DNA of 60,587 bases, the filler included, from Dugesia japonica (taxonomy: Eukaryota), in NCBI GenBank assembly GCA_001938525.1. It is 4 parts of 4 records of this genome, joined end to end, with 100 filler letters (N's around TTAATTAATTAA, not from the genome) between each part and the next. Parts side by side here need not be neighbours in the genome. Positions count along the whole stretch, not along the records: positions 24,475 to 37,846 come from MQRL01613806.1; positions 37,947 to 49,905 come from MQRL01613032.1; 2 more parts are not named here. One strand, written 5' to 3'. A model generated the notes under the pieces. The model worked only from the letters and a program-made list of their open reading frames with translations. It was not told where the DNA came from and did no database searches. The position numbers and the translations under genes were made by a program. The first letter of the stretch is position 1, and every line of letters begins with the position of its first letter. Positions 27,641 through 41,664 of the stretch are shown piece by piece.

Positions 27641-28133
27641 CATAATTATCATCTGTTATAACAAATCGTTTATAATATTTTCTAAATAACCTTTNCGTTT
27701 ATAATATTTTTTAAATAACCTTTTAAAAAATATTAAATTAATTTTAAATTAAAATTACATAAAAAGATAAATATTAAAATTTTTACCATAAAATTAAACA
27801 TGCAGTAATTGAGAAATAATAAGTAAAAATAAATAAAAGAAAACAAAATAAAATTATAAATATAAATTTAATCAAACATCAAATTGTAAAATTTAAATGT
27901 TAAAAAAAATTACCCTAAAATTAAACATATTCAAAAAGTGATCCTAAAATAAAACATGCTAAAAGGTTTACACTAAAAAAATACATAATATAATAATAAT
28001 TAAACAGTCAAAAAATTACCCTAAAAAACACTTGTTAAAATTCTATCCCTGTGTTCATTTTTTAAATAAGATCCTAAAATTTANNNNNNNNNNNNNNNNN
28101 NNNNNNNNNNNNNNNNNNNNNNNNNNNNNNNNN

Positions 28134-28925
28134 TAATTTATAACCCATAAAACAATAAAAATAATAACAAAATAAAACAATTACTAAAATTTTACGATTA
28201 AAATTATTGCGAGAATAATTGTTGGTCGAATTTTGAAGTTTCAAAAAATTAAAAAGCTTCGATCAAAAATGTTATTTCTTTGTTGTTATTAGTAATTTAG
28301 TTTTTTACGATTGTCTACTTCAGGAATAAACTATTTCCTAATTGGCCAATCAGTAATTTGCACCCTCATTGCATTTTTGTGTTTTTATTGCATTTATTTA
28401 CATATTATTCGCAAATTATATCTTGATCATTATAATTTGTGATCCTAATTACCACTGTTTAATTTTAAACTGTTAATTCTCAAATTATATCTAATTGTCC
28501 GATTCATGTTGAATTCCTGACCTACCGTTTACATTTGTAGTTGTTTAATTATTCGTGAACTTAACATTAAGCTTATTCGAACAAATTTAATAAAAATTAA
28601 ATAAAATAACGAAATATTAAGCAATAGTTGAATGCTTTAAAAGTTTTAATAAAGATTATCATAATTATTTTCAAATTTCAAATAACTAATAAAACAAGAG
28701 TGGACTACAGGAAGACTTTGGGTCTGAAACGCTGCGATTAGGCAGTAAAATTTTTTATAAGTACATTGGTTTATTAATAAAATTTCAGTTGATATTTGCA
28801 AATAATTTCATACTGAAAAAAGTAAAAATAAAAAATTGAATAATATTAAAAAATTACCCTAAAAAACACTTGTTAAAATTCTATCCCTGTGTTCATTTTT
28901 TAAATAAGATCCTAAAATTTAATTA
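28134..28925. repeat. Exact duplicates of 24475-25080, 26554-26670 and 28010-28080 (assembly redundancy or alternative haplotype)
   Basis: Nearly base-identical text bounded by N gaps. Confidence 0.8.
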
Positions 28926-30921
28926 TAAATTTAAATTAAAATTATTACTTAGTTAAATCATTACAATTTTAATATTTCTTGAAATAAAATAAAATAACAT
29001 TAATTTAAAATGTTACTAATAGCGTTAAACTAACATATTTTTTGCTTAATTTGGGTAGAATGTTTTAAACAAAGAAAAATTAATGAGTGTGTTGCAAAAA
29101 TTAAAGTTTCACGGCTCAGTTTAAAACTGAACTCTTTCTTTTTTCTCATCAGTATTAGGGGTTTGGTCTACATACCCTACATTAAGAACATTTTCTTCTG
29201 AAGATAACATTTATTTCCTAAAACAATTGGTGNNNNNNNNNNNNNNNNNNNNNNNNNNNNNNNNNNNNNNNNNNNNNNNNNNNNNNNNNNNNNNNNNNNN
29301 NNNNNNNNNNNNNNNNNNNNNNNNNNNNNNNNNNNNNNNNNNNNNNNNNNNNNNNNNNNNNNNNNNNNNNNNNNNNNNNNNNNNNNAGCTTACGTATTGC
29401 TTTTTATCAACTATGATTAAATTTCCTAAAAAATAATTACCAATTTCACTAGCTTTTTAAAAGTCTGCCGTATATATTATTGAACAAAAGTTTCTAAAAT
29501 TTATGAATTCACAAATAAGATTCAATCAATTGCACACTCATAAAAAATAAAAGCACTTAAAACATTCAAGAATCGTAAATTTCCTTANAATCAGTATGGA
29601 ATATTACTCCATTTTCATTTCAAACAAGTCTTTGTAAACAAAATTTAGATCAACATTTTTCAACTTCCTTTTGAAGTTATTACCATAATTCTACAAGTAT
29701 TCGTCTTGTTTGGTTTCACAATACAACAATTCGTGAAAATAAATTCCAATTGTAACTTTCGACAATTACTTTGTTTAAGTGATCAGAAAAAAGTTTATCT
29801 CGCAGAAAGTACAAATTTTCACTACAAATAATACACTACAAATCTAAATTATTTTATTGAACAATAAATTTGAAAACTATCAAGAGATGGTCAAGAAGTG
29901 AAAACATTATTTTGTCACTCCACCACCAATTCCAAGTAAACAAACCATAATGCTTAAGCAATTACGAAATTTGTCAATTTGATAGGGTACTTTCCAATGG
30001 AGTATTAGTGTTAACAGCTAATAGAATGTCATGAAGACGAATTGGATTTGTGAAACATCGTTGGCAAAATTCAAAATTGATTTTTCTTTGGTTACTAAGA
30101 TTTTATAGTCAGGTGAAAGTAAGTTAATGCTGAATGGAGTTATTAACCGTCTAACCCTAAAGAAAGAATTTCTGTTTTCAATTCAAAGAGTAATGGCGTG
30201 GTGCTTTGTAACTTCAAATGTTTTCATGGATATCTTTGAATATATGGTTATTGTCAATTAGTATTTTTAGCTGCTGAAAAGTTAAAGTAATAAAGAGTGT
30301 TAAAATCAATGCTGCAATCATTGTACTTGAACTATGGCATATTTAGGAACAAAATAACATTTAGTTTGCATTTTCGTCATGTTACCATGATTTCAACATA
30401 TCGCATAATGTAAGTAATAATTAACACTAATAATTAATAAACACACAGACGCCGTTTTGATAAATACTTTTACTTGGTATCTGAAAAATTATACAATATG
30501 TTAAAACTAAAAATCATAAGTACAATGTCAGATAGAAAAACGTTTATTGCAAGTATTAATAGAGTTATGATATTTTCATTAAATTAAAAGCTTCGATCAA
30601 AAGGTTGTTTTTCTTACTTTCCTCTTTGTTAATCATGCAAATTGTCGATAATTGTCTTTTTCGGGAAATTTTAATTTTTTATTATTTCAAGTTAAAATGG
30701 AACTAATATCAAAAATTTATTCCATTTTAGTGAATTTTTATTTAGTAATTTATTTTAATTGTTATAAATTACATTTATTTTAGGTTCATCTTTTTTGAAT
30801 AATATAACATTATGAATAGGTTACATTTCTACACGTCATATGAAGAAACATGAAGAAATTATTAACAATATATTGATCATTAACTATTTGCAGATCATTA
30901 AGAATATACCATTATATTTAG

Positions 30922-31219
30922 GTAGTTCAATTACCATTTGATCAATTCAAGATAACATCATCTAATCATTCAAAGAATAAAATTATTGAGTCAGGATCAC
31001 AAACTATTAATTTACCAGAGAATCCTGATACAAAAGTAGAATTATTAATAATAAAATTTTATATTTTTACAAGTGGTTATTTACAGAAAGATGAATACCT
31101 AAATTTTATGAAGCAAGAAATTCAGTTATTGAAAGATCAAAATCAATTATTGAAAACTCAATTAGAGATAAAATCGAAAGAAATTCAAAAGGGTAAAAAT
31201 AAAATTGATAATTATAAAG

Positions 31220-31283
<64 letters not shown>

Positions 31284-31333
31284 NNNNNNNNNNNNNNNNN
31301 NNNNNNNNNNNNNNNNNNNNNNNNNNNNNNNNN

Positions 31334-31390
<57 letters not shown>

Positions 31391-34300
31391 TAATAATAAT
31401 GATAATTAGTGATTGAATATCATGAAATTATTTTTTGTAAAGAATATGTTTTGAGGAAAAATTCATTTTCAACAAAATTATCAAGAAATCCTTCTGCAAC
31501 CAGTACTATAATGAATATTGATTCTCATGGAAGCAATTCACCAAATAAGACCCAAACAATATCCTCTACATCAGAAAAAGGAGGCCCTCCATTATACGAA
31601 ATACTTCAGGAATATATGCTAGAAAATGAAGCACTTCGGTAATATTTTTTACTTTAACAATACTAAAAATTAATTCATTATTAAAGTGTACAAAATAATT
31701 CTTTGAATGAAATGCGAGCTCGACATCACACGGAAATCGAATTTGTCTTTAAACAAAATCAAAGTTTATCTGAAAAAGTTAAAGAATTGTCAAGGTGTTA
31801 AATTTTTTTGTATGATTTGTTTGATGATTTCTTTAAACTAATCGTTCACAATTGGTGACCCATGAAAAATTAACAAAGGAATTAAATGAATGATATTTGG
31901 CATATCTTAAATTTACAGAAAAAACGCATGTTACAAATTCAGAATTTATTTATACTTATGACGTGTAATTTGATATGATAAAGGTTGTGAAGCACTGTGA
32001 TCATTGTAATACGTTGTAATTATTAAAAACTCATATATTTACGTGATGGACATTACCAATTAGTATGACCAACTGAATTAATATGACCATAATCAAAATT
32101 TTTCGTCAAACCTTTTATATAGTATAACTTCTCAAAAAGTATGACCATAAAATATGTACTTATTATTTGCTCCAATCTATGTTCACGTTTGAATAACTTA
32201 TAAAAATAGTGTTTGTCTGACCAAACTGATCAAATATCTAAATTTTTATTTTTTTGGTCATACTATTTAAATAGTATGACTCATATTATTCGGTAATATC
32301 TGTTAAATAATTATATTTTTAAAGAAATTGCCATTTTAATAATGAATGCGAGTTATCAGAAAATCGAAAATGTTATTGGAAAAATAGGAAATCAATGGAC
32401 AACAATACAAAAAATTACAAGATAAAAACCAATTATAAATAAAAAATTTATTTTTGTTTAAATAAAATAAATTTGGTTTGAACTTTAATTAGGTTATTAT
32501 CTACGTGCGGCATTGAAGTTTAAAAATTCTTAACCATTTAGTTAATTTATAATATTGAAAATATTGGTTTTTTAAACGAACCTGAGTAGTTATTTAAAAA
32601 GACATTAAAGATGATGTGTAGGTTTGTGACTGTTTCACTTAACAATCTATGACATTCATCGTAACTAATAAACAATTAATAAAATAGTTATGAATTCAGC
32701 CATGAAATTGATGGAGATTTAAAAGAAAATTATCAAAATAAAATTACTTATGTTAAATACTTTGAATTTTCAAGATATTTCCAAATAAAAGTGGTTTCAA
32801 TTATGAACAATTATTTTTTATTTTAATTTAACAAATAAATACTTATTAGATTCTGCTGTTACAGATATTAATTTAAAAAATACCAGACCAATCCATATTT
32901 GTGATATATTGATTAATGATAATTTAGGAAATTGCTAAGCCTTAATTTTACCAAATTAATTGCAATATTTCAAACGTTTTACTTTTAAACTGTTCAGTTG
33001 AAGCTAAAATTATTCTCTACTGATAAAATGATGGAATATAGTTATTCTTTTGAGGTCCTCTGGCAAGTTTCCCGGTGACCTTTGATGAGGTTTCGGTATC
33101 ATGTTTTTCAGGTGTTTACATTTTTATTTGAAAGGTTTCAAGTCTTTACCAATCAACATTACAGGGTACGCGTGATAAATTGGCAAAATTTTCCTTTTGT
33201 CTGCTGTATAATGAACTTACCTCTACAAAGAACATACAATCTTTATCTGATATCGTCAGCTATAATAATTGCATCCAATATATGCAGTTTTCTTTCTATG
33301 GAACGTATTGACTTTCATGGATCTTCATTGATAATTTTCTGTTTTCTGTGTACGATATCTAGACCTGTGTCTTCCTTTCTTATGGGACTGCAGGATTAGC
33401 ATCATACACAATTACTTTGTAAGCTGTACATAAATGAAAGTTACTAAAGTTTGCAATATCTTTAGCAGTTCGCTTGCGAGTAGTCCTGAAACCGTCTTTG
33501 CTCTCACGTCGTATTCTTCGACATGATCTATGCACTCAGAAATTTAATGCTTTGTATTTTTAATAATATCATTAGAAACTTATTTTCAAAAGATTAATAA
33601 CAAGCACATAAAAAAGTAGAGACAAAGTTATTTCCAACTTATTGCGTATTTATCTATTAAGATAAAAATTGTAAAACATTAATTAAAAAAAAGTTAAACA
33701 AACTTCAAATGGTAAATTTCAATATGTAAGATGTACTTTTAATTATTTTTGTTTATTTTAAATTCTGTATACTTCTTACTGCAAAAAGTCTATTTCATTA
33801 CACCCAGAAATTTTTAAATCATAATTAACCATTATACTAGTCTCTAAAGTCACGTTTGCCACGTGTCCAGTTTTACTGAAAATTAAAGCCTCCAATTGCT
33901 TCGAAGTAATTTGAGTGCGACCAACTTTTGGTTTTCACTTATATTGAAAGACCAATACAGCCGACTACAGTTAATTTTTGGGCTTATATACATATATCCA
34001 AGTCTTTTACCCTTGACAACGTTGTAGATAGCTGTTGAAGCACCGCTTTTGTATTTCTTGTCTACGAATATTTTTTGATCGATTGTTAAATTATGCAGGA
34101 TCCAACCGACACACAATATTTTAAGGATCAGATTTTTATGTAAATTGAAATATATGCTAGTAATACTGATGCCAAAAGATGCATGGAACTCGCGATAAGT
34201 CACATACTGATCTAGAATTACCAGTTCCCGAATGACGTTAATCTTTGCTGACAACACAACTGATTTTTGATGGCTTTCTTTAAATTCATCCTCCAGCGAA

Positions 34301-37196
34301 GTACGACCCAGATTAAATTCGTCAAACTAGCTGTATATAGTAGCTTTGTTCAGTGCTTCATTACTAAAAGTCTGAGTAATCTGATCGATGTGCTGTTATT
34401 GAGTTAATCCATATCGAAAATCGTAAAAAGTCATAGCACGAAAATGAGCACGAGTTAATTTAATTTTAAGCAGAAATGACAAATTAAAATTTGAAATATT
34501 CAATAATGAATATTCAAACAAACGTTGAAAATTGTTATTGTTGATAATTTCAGTTATGCTTTATCTAAAAAATGTCAGATCCAGAGGCATAGCTAAGGGG
34601 AGCAGAGGGGGACAATTGTCCTCAGGTGCCAGACCAGGGGTGTGCCAAAATTGGGTTTTAAATATTTGATTGTGTATTTTTTGTATCGTTTTAATATGAT
34701 ATCTATCAAGATTGAAGGTTCGTCACTCTCTTGCAGTCAACTTTTTATTATGCACTATCAATTTTATTGTATGAATTTAAAATTGCTAAACCTAGTCTAT
34801 AGACTATAGATTTCGTAACCTATGAACAGAAACATACATCTTATTTGGAAATAGTATTTCGATTGTATTACTTCTTGCTTGACTAATCACATGTTTTGTC
34901 TTTATCAATTTCTTCTTTAGTCTTTACTTTAGTAGCCGTTACATTGGATGACTCTTAATTTTTCAGTGGGGGGCGCACAAAATATGAACCTTGTCCCCAG
35001 GCGCCAAACACACTAGCTACGCCTCTGATAAGATCGCACCTAGCTAAAGTAGTGTTGATAGTTCACTACTCCCTATCGAGCATCACGTATGTTTTCTTGA
35101 ATTTATTGTTAATGTATTTTTTACTATCACAATCTATTTATATCTACTATAACTTTAAATAAAATCTTAAATTGAACTGATCCATATTTTTTTAAAATTT
35201 TGAATTTATTATTTCTGATGAATTCTGATTCTTTAATTATAAATCTTTGAGAACATACTGGTCAAAGTTACCATGATCTTAATTTAGTATTCATTTAAAG
35301 CAGGCATGCGCAACGCACGGCCCGTGAGCCAGATCCGGCCACCAATGATTAAAAGACTTTAAACTTAGGCCTTCAAAACTTAAAAAGATGTTTAATATTA
35401 CGTTAATAATGAATTTATATAAACTAAATACATACATTTGAAATAATTTGAATTATTCTATCCCTATCTACAATTTTATACTCTTCTAATATTATTTCTT
35501 GAAACAACCTGAAAACATTTCTCTACTGTTTTTAAATTCAAGTTATAAGTAAGGCCCGTGATTTAATGTAATATTTATTTTTCGGCACGCAGTCATGAAT
35601 AATTTGCACATGTCTGATTTAAAGACATCATTATTCATTATATTTGTTTGAAAATAATGGAAGGTGTTGCTTATATTACTGTTATATGGCGCACCAATTT
35701 ATTTATGATCCGGTGAAGATTATTTAATTTTGTGCCAAGAATGTTTCCATGGTATNTTTTGGTAGTCATGTATTGCTTTATCGTTTCTAACCCATCATAT
35801 TTACAACTCTAAATCATTTGTAAAGGCTATCTTTATTTATATATAATTTTTATATAATTTCCATACAATATTATATTACTGTATTATTTAAAGTTTCTTT
35901 CTGAAAATTTCTGTAATAACTTTTTTTATCTACTTTGACAAATGGTGATTTCTAATATTTTAGAAATTTTTCATGTCTCTTTTATCATCTCATAAGTTGT
36001 TTAATTTCTAATTATCGAATTAATTTCCATAATAAACATATTTTCCTTAAGTTTTTTGCATTTAAATTTAGGCTTCTTTAACATTTTATTTTTAATTAAT
36101 TCATTTTAAATTTTAGAATTTATTATTTACGATTAAAATAGATTCTGTGTTATGTTTAACTACCTCACACTCATACACATAGTGCTATTTTCAAATTGAT
36201 TTTCTTGTATACACAGGGCCGGCGTAAACGGAACTTCAAATTCTGAGTCGCAGGCAGGCACCATGTCACCAATTTGATTATTAAATTATTTACATAAGTC
36301 ATAAAATGAAACATTTCCAACTTAAAATGGAGAAATGCTTTGAAATTAATATTGCAGTTGTAAATAATAAATAATGTATGAATGTTAAAATTAATTGCTA
36401 TTATTATAAATTGTGAAAACTCTTGATTATGATAAGTTGATAACAAGTAACAAAACGTCGAAAAATAATGGGGTGCAGTCAGAGCATGCAGACCGGTGAA
36501 GAACACTCTCGCATCTGTACTGTGTATACACACTTCATTTCCAAAGAAATATTTATGGATTTTACCAATAAATTTGTTGTTGTTTTTCTTATTAACCATA
36601 AAAATATATTTGAACACAAAAATTGTAAAATACTTTAAAACATAAGGAAAACCTATTTTATGAATTAATGGTTAAAATTTAATTTTTTTAATTAATAAAA
36701 TTATATATAAAAATTAATTAAATTGAAATATTTATCAGACAAATCAGTCATATGTCTGTAAGAAATTCTGAAAATATAGCTCCAGAAATGTTAAATGTTT
36801 CAAATAGTTATCAGAAAGAACACTTATCAGAACATCAAAACCGAGGTAAATTGATAAATTAATTGAAATTAAAATTTGATATTATTAAATTTCAAAAAAT
36901 ATTTCACTAATTAAAAATGATTGATTTTTTTAAAATAAAATAATGAAATATTTAAATAGGTTATCCAATAATGTATGAAAAACCACAAATTATCAATGAA
37001 AGGAATTCTTATCTTCATCATTATGATACATTAAAACAAAAACTAAATCAAGATGTAAATAAAAAAGGTTTTTTTNNNNNNNNNNNNNNNNNNNNNNNNN
37101 NNNNNNNNTTTTAGGAATTCAACCTGTGGTACAAGTTGAGAAAAGAAGTTCATCACCTGATAGGCCAGCAAATAATACTTTAAAACTTGAAAATAG
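30922..37196 (+). CDS. Spliced host gene, coiled-coil protein of unknown identity (partial)
   Basis: Phase-consistent GT-AG exons: 30922-31035, 31087-31192, 31443-31638, 31687-31794, 36739-36845, 36960-37067, 37115-37196. Reads ..MKQEIQLLKDQNQLLKTQLE..PPLYEILQEYMLENEALRVQNNSLNEMR.. with no stops. Confidence 0.75.
31220..31390. repeat. (AAT)n microsatellite spanning a gap, intronic
   Basis: Direct observation. Confidence 0.95.
33162..33530 (-). mobile_element. Internally deleted maT/Tc1-like element (N-terminal HTH plus terminal TIR)
   Basis: Minus strand KIINEDP*KSIRSIERKLH..DDIR*RLYVLCRGKF runs into TA|CAGGGT at 33160-33167, the same terminus type as 40212. Confidence 0.55.
33840..35089 (-). 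mobile_element. Mariner element, 5' half, interrupted by a hAT MITE
   Basis: Minus strand LTRAHFRAMTFYDFRYGL..FDEFNLGRTSLEDEF..VTYREF..LCVGWILHNLTIDQK (degenerate WVPHEL). Coding part is about 33850-34465. Confidence 0.85.
34582..35027. mobile_element. Non-autonomous hAT-type MITE nested in the mariner 5' region
   Basis: TIR CAGAGGCATAGCTA / TAGCTACGCCTCTG; degenerate 8-bp TSD gtcagatc / ataagatc. Confidence 0.8.
35301..35616. mobile_element. hAT (Charlie-like) MITE
   Basis: TIR CAGGCATGCGCAA / TTGCACATGTCTG; perfect 8-bp TSD ATTTAAAG; subterminal GGCCCG..GATCCGGCC motifs. Confidence 0.9.
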
Positions 37197-37684
37197 TAAG
37201 TTGCATAAATCTATTGCAAATAAATTGAAATCTCATTTATTTGTATTTTATTTATATTATTTTATTCACAAATTTATTATGAGAAAATGCTCATTTAGAT
37301 TTTAAAATTGACAAAATTTGATTGGCTCCTCTAGAAATGACTCTAGTGCCTGACCAGCGCTTTTACGACACTTGTTTGTAAGCGTGGTGATCAAGAAACT
37401 AATTGGGTAATAAACATTGAATGTAGCGAATCTAGTCCTTTTGAGCCCAGTCCTAGAACTACTAAACCGGCACTGTAAATTACAGTTCGAAATGTTTCAA
37501 TAATTAAAAGACAGCCGATATAAATTTATTAANCTGCCTTATCTGAATTTTGTCAATATCTTTAAATTCTAATCTTAAAGTTGTTGAAGTCTCTCCCGTT
37601 GAAGGAAATCTTGAAAAACCTCATTCTAATAACCAATTTGTTTGAGCGGTTCTTTTGTAATTAATCATAAATAAACCTCTAGAA

Positions 37685-37846
37685 CAGAGTTTTTAAACCT
37701 TTTTTCGGCATCGCACACTTCGGCATATTTCACTGGTTCCATCGTTAATTTCTGCTACCCATTCAGTACTATATTGAAATTTAATGTTACTGTTGAATTA
37801 ACACACTGATAAATAAGGATAAGAATATTTATTCGATATTTATTTG
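37685..37846 (+). mobile_element. Possible hAT-Charlie left end, cut by the gap
   Basis: CAGAGTTTTTAAACCT preceded by CTCTAGAA, which fits the NTCTAGAN target preference. Confidence 0.4.
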
Positions 37847-37946
37847 NNNNNNNNNNNNNNNNNNNNNNNNNNNNNNNNNNNNNNNNNNNNTTAATTAATT
37901 AANNNNNNNNNNNNNNNNNNNNNNNNNNNNNNNNNNNNNNNNNNNN
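37847..37946. other. Artificial scaffold linker
   Basis: 44N-TTAATTAATTAA-44N. Confidence 0.95.
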
Positions 37947-38932
37947 AATCATATTGTGGTTTAACGGGACACTGGATTGCTTCCGATTGGAAACTTATTT
38001 CAGTAACATTAGGTTGCCTAGTTGTTGAAGAACGGCATACGGCTGATACAGTTTTTATGAAGAGTTTGCTGCAAAATGGAGTATTGCAGACAAAATATGC
38101 TGTATTGTAACTGAAAGTGCTTTAAATATGGTCGTTGCTATTGGGCAAACGAATTACAATCACATACTATGTATCGCACACTGTCTGCAGCTTAGCATAT
38201 TAGCGGGTTTAAAGGCAGCTGACTCATGACCGCTTTTGGCAAAATGTCGAAAATTGGTTGGGCATTTCAAACACAGCTTGGCTAACACATCCTTACTAAA
38301 AAGTAGCCATGCCAATCTCTCTCGGCAGACAGATAATGACGTGTTCCATAAATTGGATGGAGTAGTCGGTGCAGAGGTTGAACTGATGCGGTATCAAGAA
38401 AAACCTTCAATACCAGAAACAGAAGATCCACTCATTTGGTAGAAGTTAAATCAACATCAGTTTCCTGTTCTCAGTAGTTTTGTGCAGACAATTCTTTTTG
38501 TACCGGCTACATGTGTTCCCAGCGAAAAACCTTTTAGTTCATTTGAATACATAGTTAATAAGATGCGATCTTGTCTGCTTCCAAAAAATGTCAAAGCTCT
38601 GGTTTGTCTACGTGACTGGTTAAACTGATTACTTATAATTCCATAATAAAAAATGAATTTATGGTCTTCAGACGAATGTAAATTTTAAAAAGTCAATATA
38701 AATTTTACTTTTTTTAGTTTGATGTTTTTGAATTTTTGAATTAAAACGTGTGTAAAATAATCAGTCATTTAAGGCACTGCTACAATTTAATTTTACTAAG
38801 TTGTCGTGCTATCGCATGTGATGACTTTTATGAGTGCATTATGTATGTATAATTAATCGAAATTAATCGATTAATCGATTAAAAAAATTTTCGATTAATT
38901 GAACAAGAAAATTTTAATCAGTACCAGCCCTA
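37947..38932 (+). mobile_element. hAT (Ac/ZBED-like) transposon, internally deleted, with 3' terminus
   Basis: HW..DWKL..HTA..IVTESALNM..CIAHCLQL..CRKLVGHFKHS fused to the dimerisation domain DPLIW*K..FPVLS..VPATCVPSEKPFS..RSCLLP (coding to 38628). End CCAGCCCTA at 38932 with aattaatcga subterminal repeats. Confidence 0.92.
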
Positions 38933-39389
38933 ATATATATATATATATATGTGTGTGTATTGTTCTATGAGCATTAATAATAGTAATTATAGCAATAACA
39001 GTAAAAAATTGGATTACTAAAAGAATTTTTAAATTATTAAAGAATCAAATAAAATTTATATAGTAGGTTAGTATAAAGAAAANNNNNNNNNNNNNNNNNN
39101 NNNNNNNNNNNNNNNNNNNNNNNNNNNNNNNNTATATATATATGTGTGTGTGTGTGTGTGTATTGTTCTATGAGCATTAATAATAGTAATTATAGCAATA
39201 CCAGTAAAAACTTGGATTACTAAAAGAATTTTTAAATTATTAAAGAATCAAATAAAATTTATATAGTAGGTTAGTATAAAGAAAAATTAAAAAAATTTAT
39301 ACTGAAATTAAACAAAATGAAATTAAAAATATAACAATTAGAATATTAAATTAAACATAAAGAAAATCACTATTGAAAGAATTACAAAA

Positions 39390-40212
39390 GTCCATACAGA
39401 TTCTATGTAATGAAGGTGCAGCAAATGCTGTCTGACGCTACCAAGATCCAAAAAATTGCCCGATGTAAATTGCTATTGTCTTCATAAAACATAAAGCTAG
39501 TGGACGTTTAAAGTTTTTTTCCGACGAGAATATTTTTACCATAGATACCAAGGTGAACAGAAGGAATGACTGGTCGCTTACCCACAATCCAAAAGATGTT
39601 CCTGTAGTAGGTCGTACAAAATTTCCAACAAATGTGCATGTTCTAAGCAATGTTTCCAGTGAAGGTGATTTCATGCCATCATCTTTCTTTTCAAAAGGAG
39701 AAACAATTACAAAGGATTTCTATCTTCAGGTTTTAATATCGACAGTACATCCTTGGATAACAACTTTAGCTGCTGGAAGGTCATACGTATTTCAGCTCTT
39801 ATACAAGCCTCTTATGAAAAAAATGGTTATCAGAAAATTTGATAATGTTTTGGTCCAGGGAAATATGGCCTTCAAATAGTCCAGATTTAAATCCTCTAGA
39901 CTATTTTGTCTGTGGCGTTTTGGAAAGGGTTGCTAATAAGTCTAGACATGCCAATGTTGCATCCTTACAAGTAACTATTGAGGCAGCATTCGCAGATTTG
40001 TACAGAGAGCACCTAAAGAGAGCATGTTCGCGCTTACGAGAGCGAATAGAGGCTGTAATAGCTGCTAAAGGTAGCTACATTGAATGAGAATACATNNNNN
40101 NNNNNNNNNNNNNNNNNNNNNNNNNNNNNNNNNNNNNNNNNNNNNNNNNNNNNNNNNNNNNNNNNNNNNNNNNNNNNNNNNNATTTTGTCCGGATTTGGC
40201 TGGCTCACCCTG
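39390..40212 (+). mobile_element. maT (DD37D-type) Tc1/mariner element, 5'-truncated
   Basis: FFSDENIFT..NRRND..YVFQ..WPSNSPDLNPLDY..ACSRLRERIEAVIAAKGSYIE; terminus CACCCTG|TA at 40212. Confidence 0.9.
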
Positions 40213-41664
40213 TATATACATATATGATTACGATTTTCAATATTATCGGGAAAATAAATAAAATTATATTTTTTAAGTAAAGGTATTAAAGAAATTTTAA
40301 AAATTATTTTTCTTAATTGTATTTTAAGTTAATCAACTTTCTGCATTTAATTTTCATAAAATTGTTTTATTTTCATTCAAATACATTAATTTATTTTATT
40401 ACAATGGATCATACAATATTTAATATTATAAAAATTCTTTTTGACAATTTTTTATCAACTTTAGAAATGTTTTTCTTTGATGAAGTCTGGTTTTAACATG
40501 ATAAAATTTTTGTTTTTTTATATCTGATATGTAATTAATAATTGTTTATTCTGAATAATTAGATTCTTTATGAAGTGACATATTGATACTTGAATGAACT
40601 CTAAAATTATTATTTCTTACTAAATCTAGTAATATTCGTCATTTTAAAACTAATTTATTTGCTTAATAAAACTCCTCTAGATTTTATCATTAAGTGTTTT
40701 ATTTAATCTTTCAGTAAATACTGATTTGATTCATTGTATAATATAAAATAATATGTTATATTTTTAAAATAGTTAATTTTATTATCTAATTTTTTTACTT
40801 GAATCAAAATAATTTTGATTTAAATCATTATGGTATTTTAATTTTCATTACTAAATTAATTAATGCTCTTTGTATATTGTAACTCGCTGTTGAATTTTCT
40901 ATATTAATTAAACCATGGGTTAAATTTACATTTATATTTATATACATTTATATGCTGATCACTCTATTCACTACAGTATTCAATACGCCACTACTAAATT
41001 TGGCCATATTTCTGATTAGGAATGTACTCAACTTATGTACTACCAAGTTTTAATCTCATTGATTTAAATGAGTTTGGGATGCAATTATTTTCTTATAGAA
41101 TTCTATATTTATCTGTTCTAGCACATTCCATTTTAATTGGAAAGAATAATCTTGAATTTAACATATTCAGAGAATTACTAGATTGTAATGAATAAAATAA
41201 AATATCAACACATTAGATTGGCCAAGAATTTTGATATTTCTTATTTTGATATATGTTAAAAGTTTAAATTATTAATCAAGTCTAAGCTAATAGACATTTT
41301 TAATTTATAGAAATTATTGATTTGTAATATATGTTTAATGTTGAAGTTCAGTGATCGAGGTTATTCATTCAAAGTTCACTATAAAATTCAATCATGATTC
41401 AGTTAAAAATCATTATTTTCATACTTACTCAAAATTTAAAATTTCCAAAGTTTCTTTTTTCATCATTTTCAACATAGTTTATTTATTTTGATGTGATCAA
41501 ATTATGTCNATTATACATATAATATTTACACAATATTAACTTAGCATATGTTAGCAAAAGGTAAAGACTATATATATATATATAATTTTATTATATTAAT
41601 TTATTTTTTTATCTATTTTGTTTAAATATAGTCATAAATGTATAAAAAATAATTTAAAAATTAC

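Noticed and set aside
29400-30400. Degenerate coding-like stretch on the minus strand, possibly a hAT transposase
   Set aside because: Too many stops and frameshifts; no motif I can call with confidence.
31108-31416. Poly-Asn/poly-Ile protein from the ORF track
   Set aside because: Read-through into an intronic (AAT)n microsatellite and gap; the real exon ends at 31192.
36210-37480. Small GC-rich MITE-like pieces at about 36213-36520 and 37343-37476
   Set aside because: Termini are only partly complementary and there is no convincing TSD.
38940-39290. Tandem duplication around a gap (also 23847-24040)
   Set aside because: Overlapping contig ends across N runs; likely assembly redundancy.
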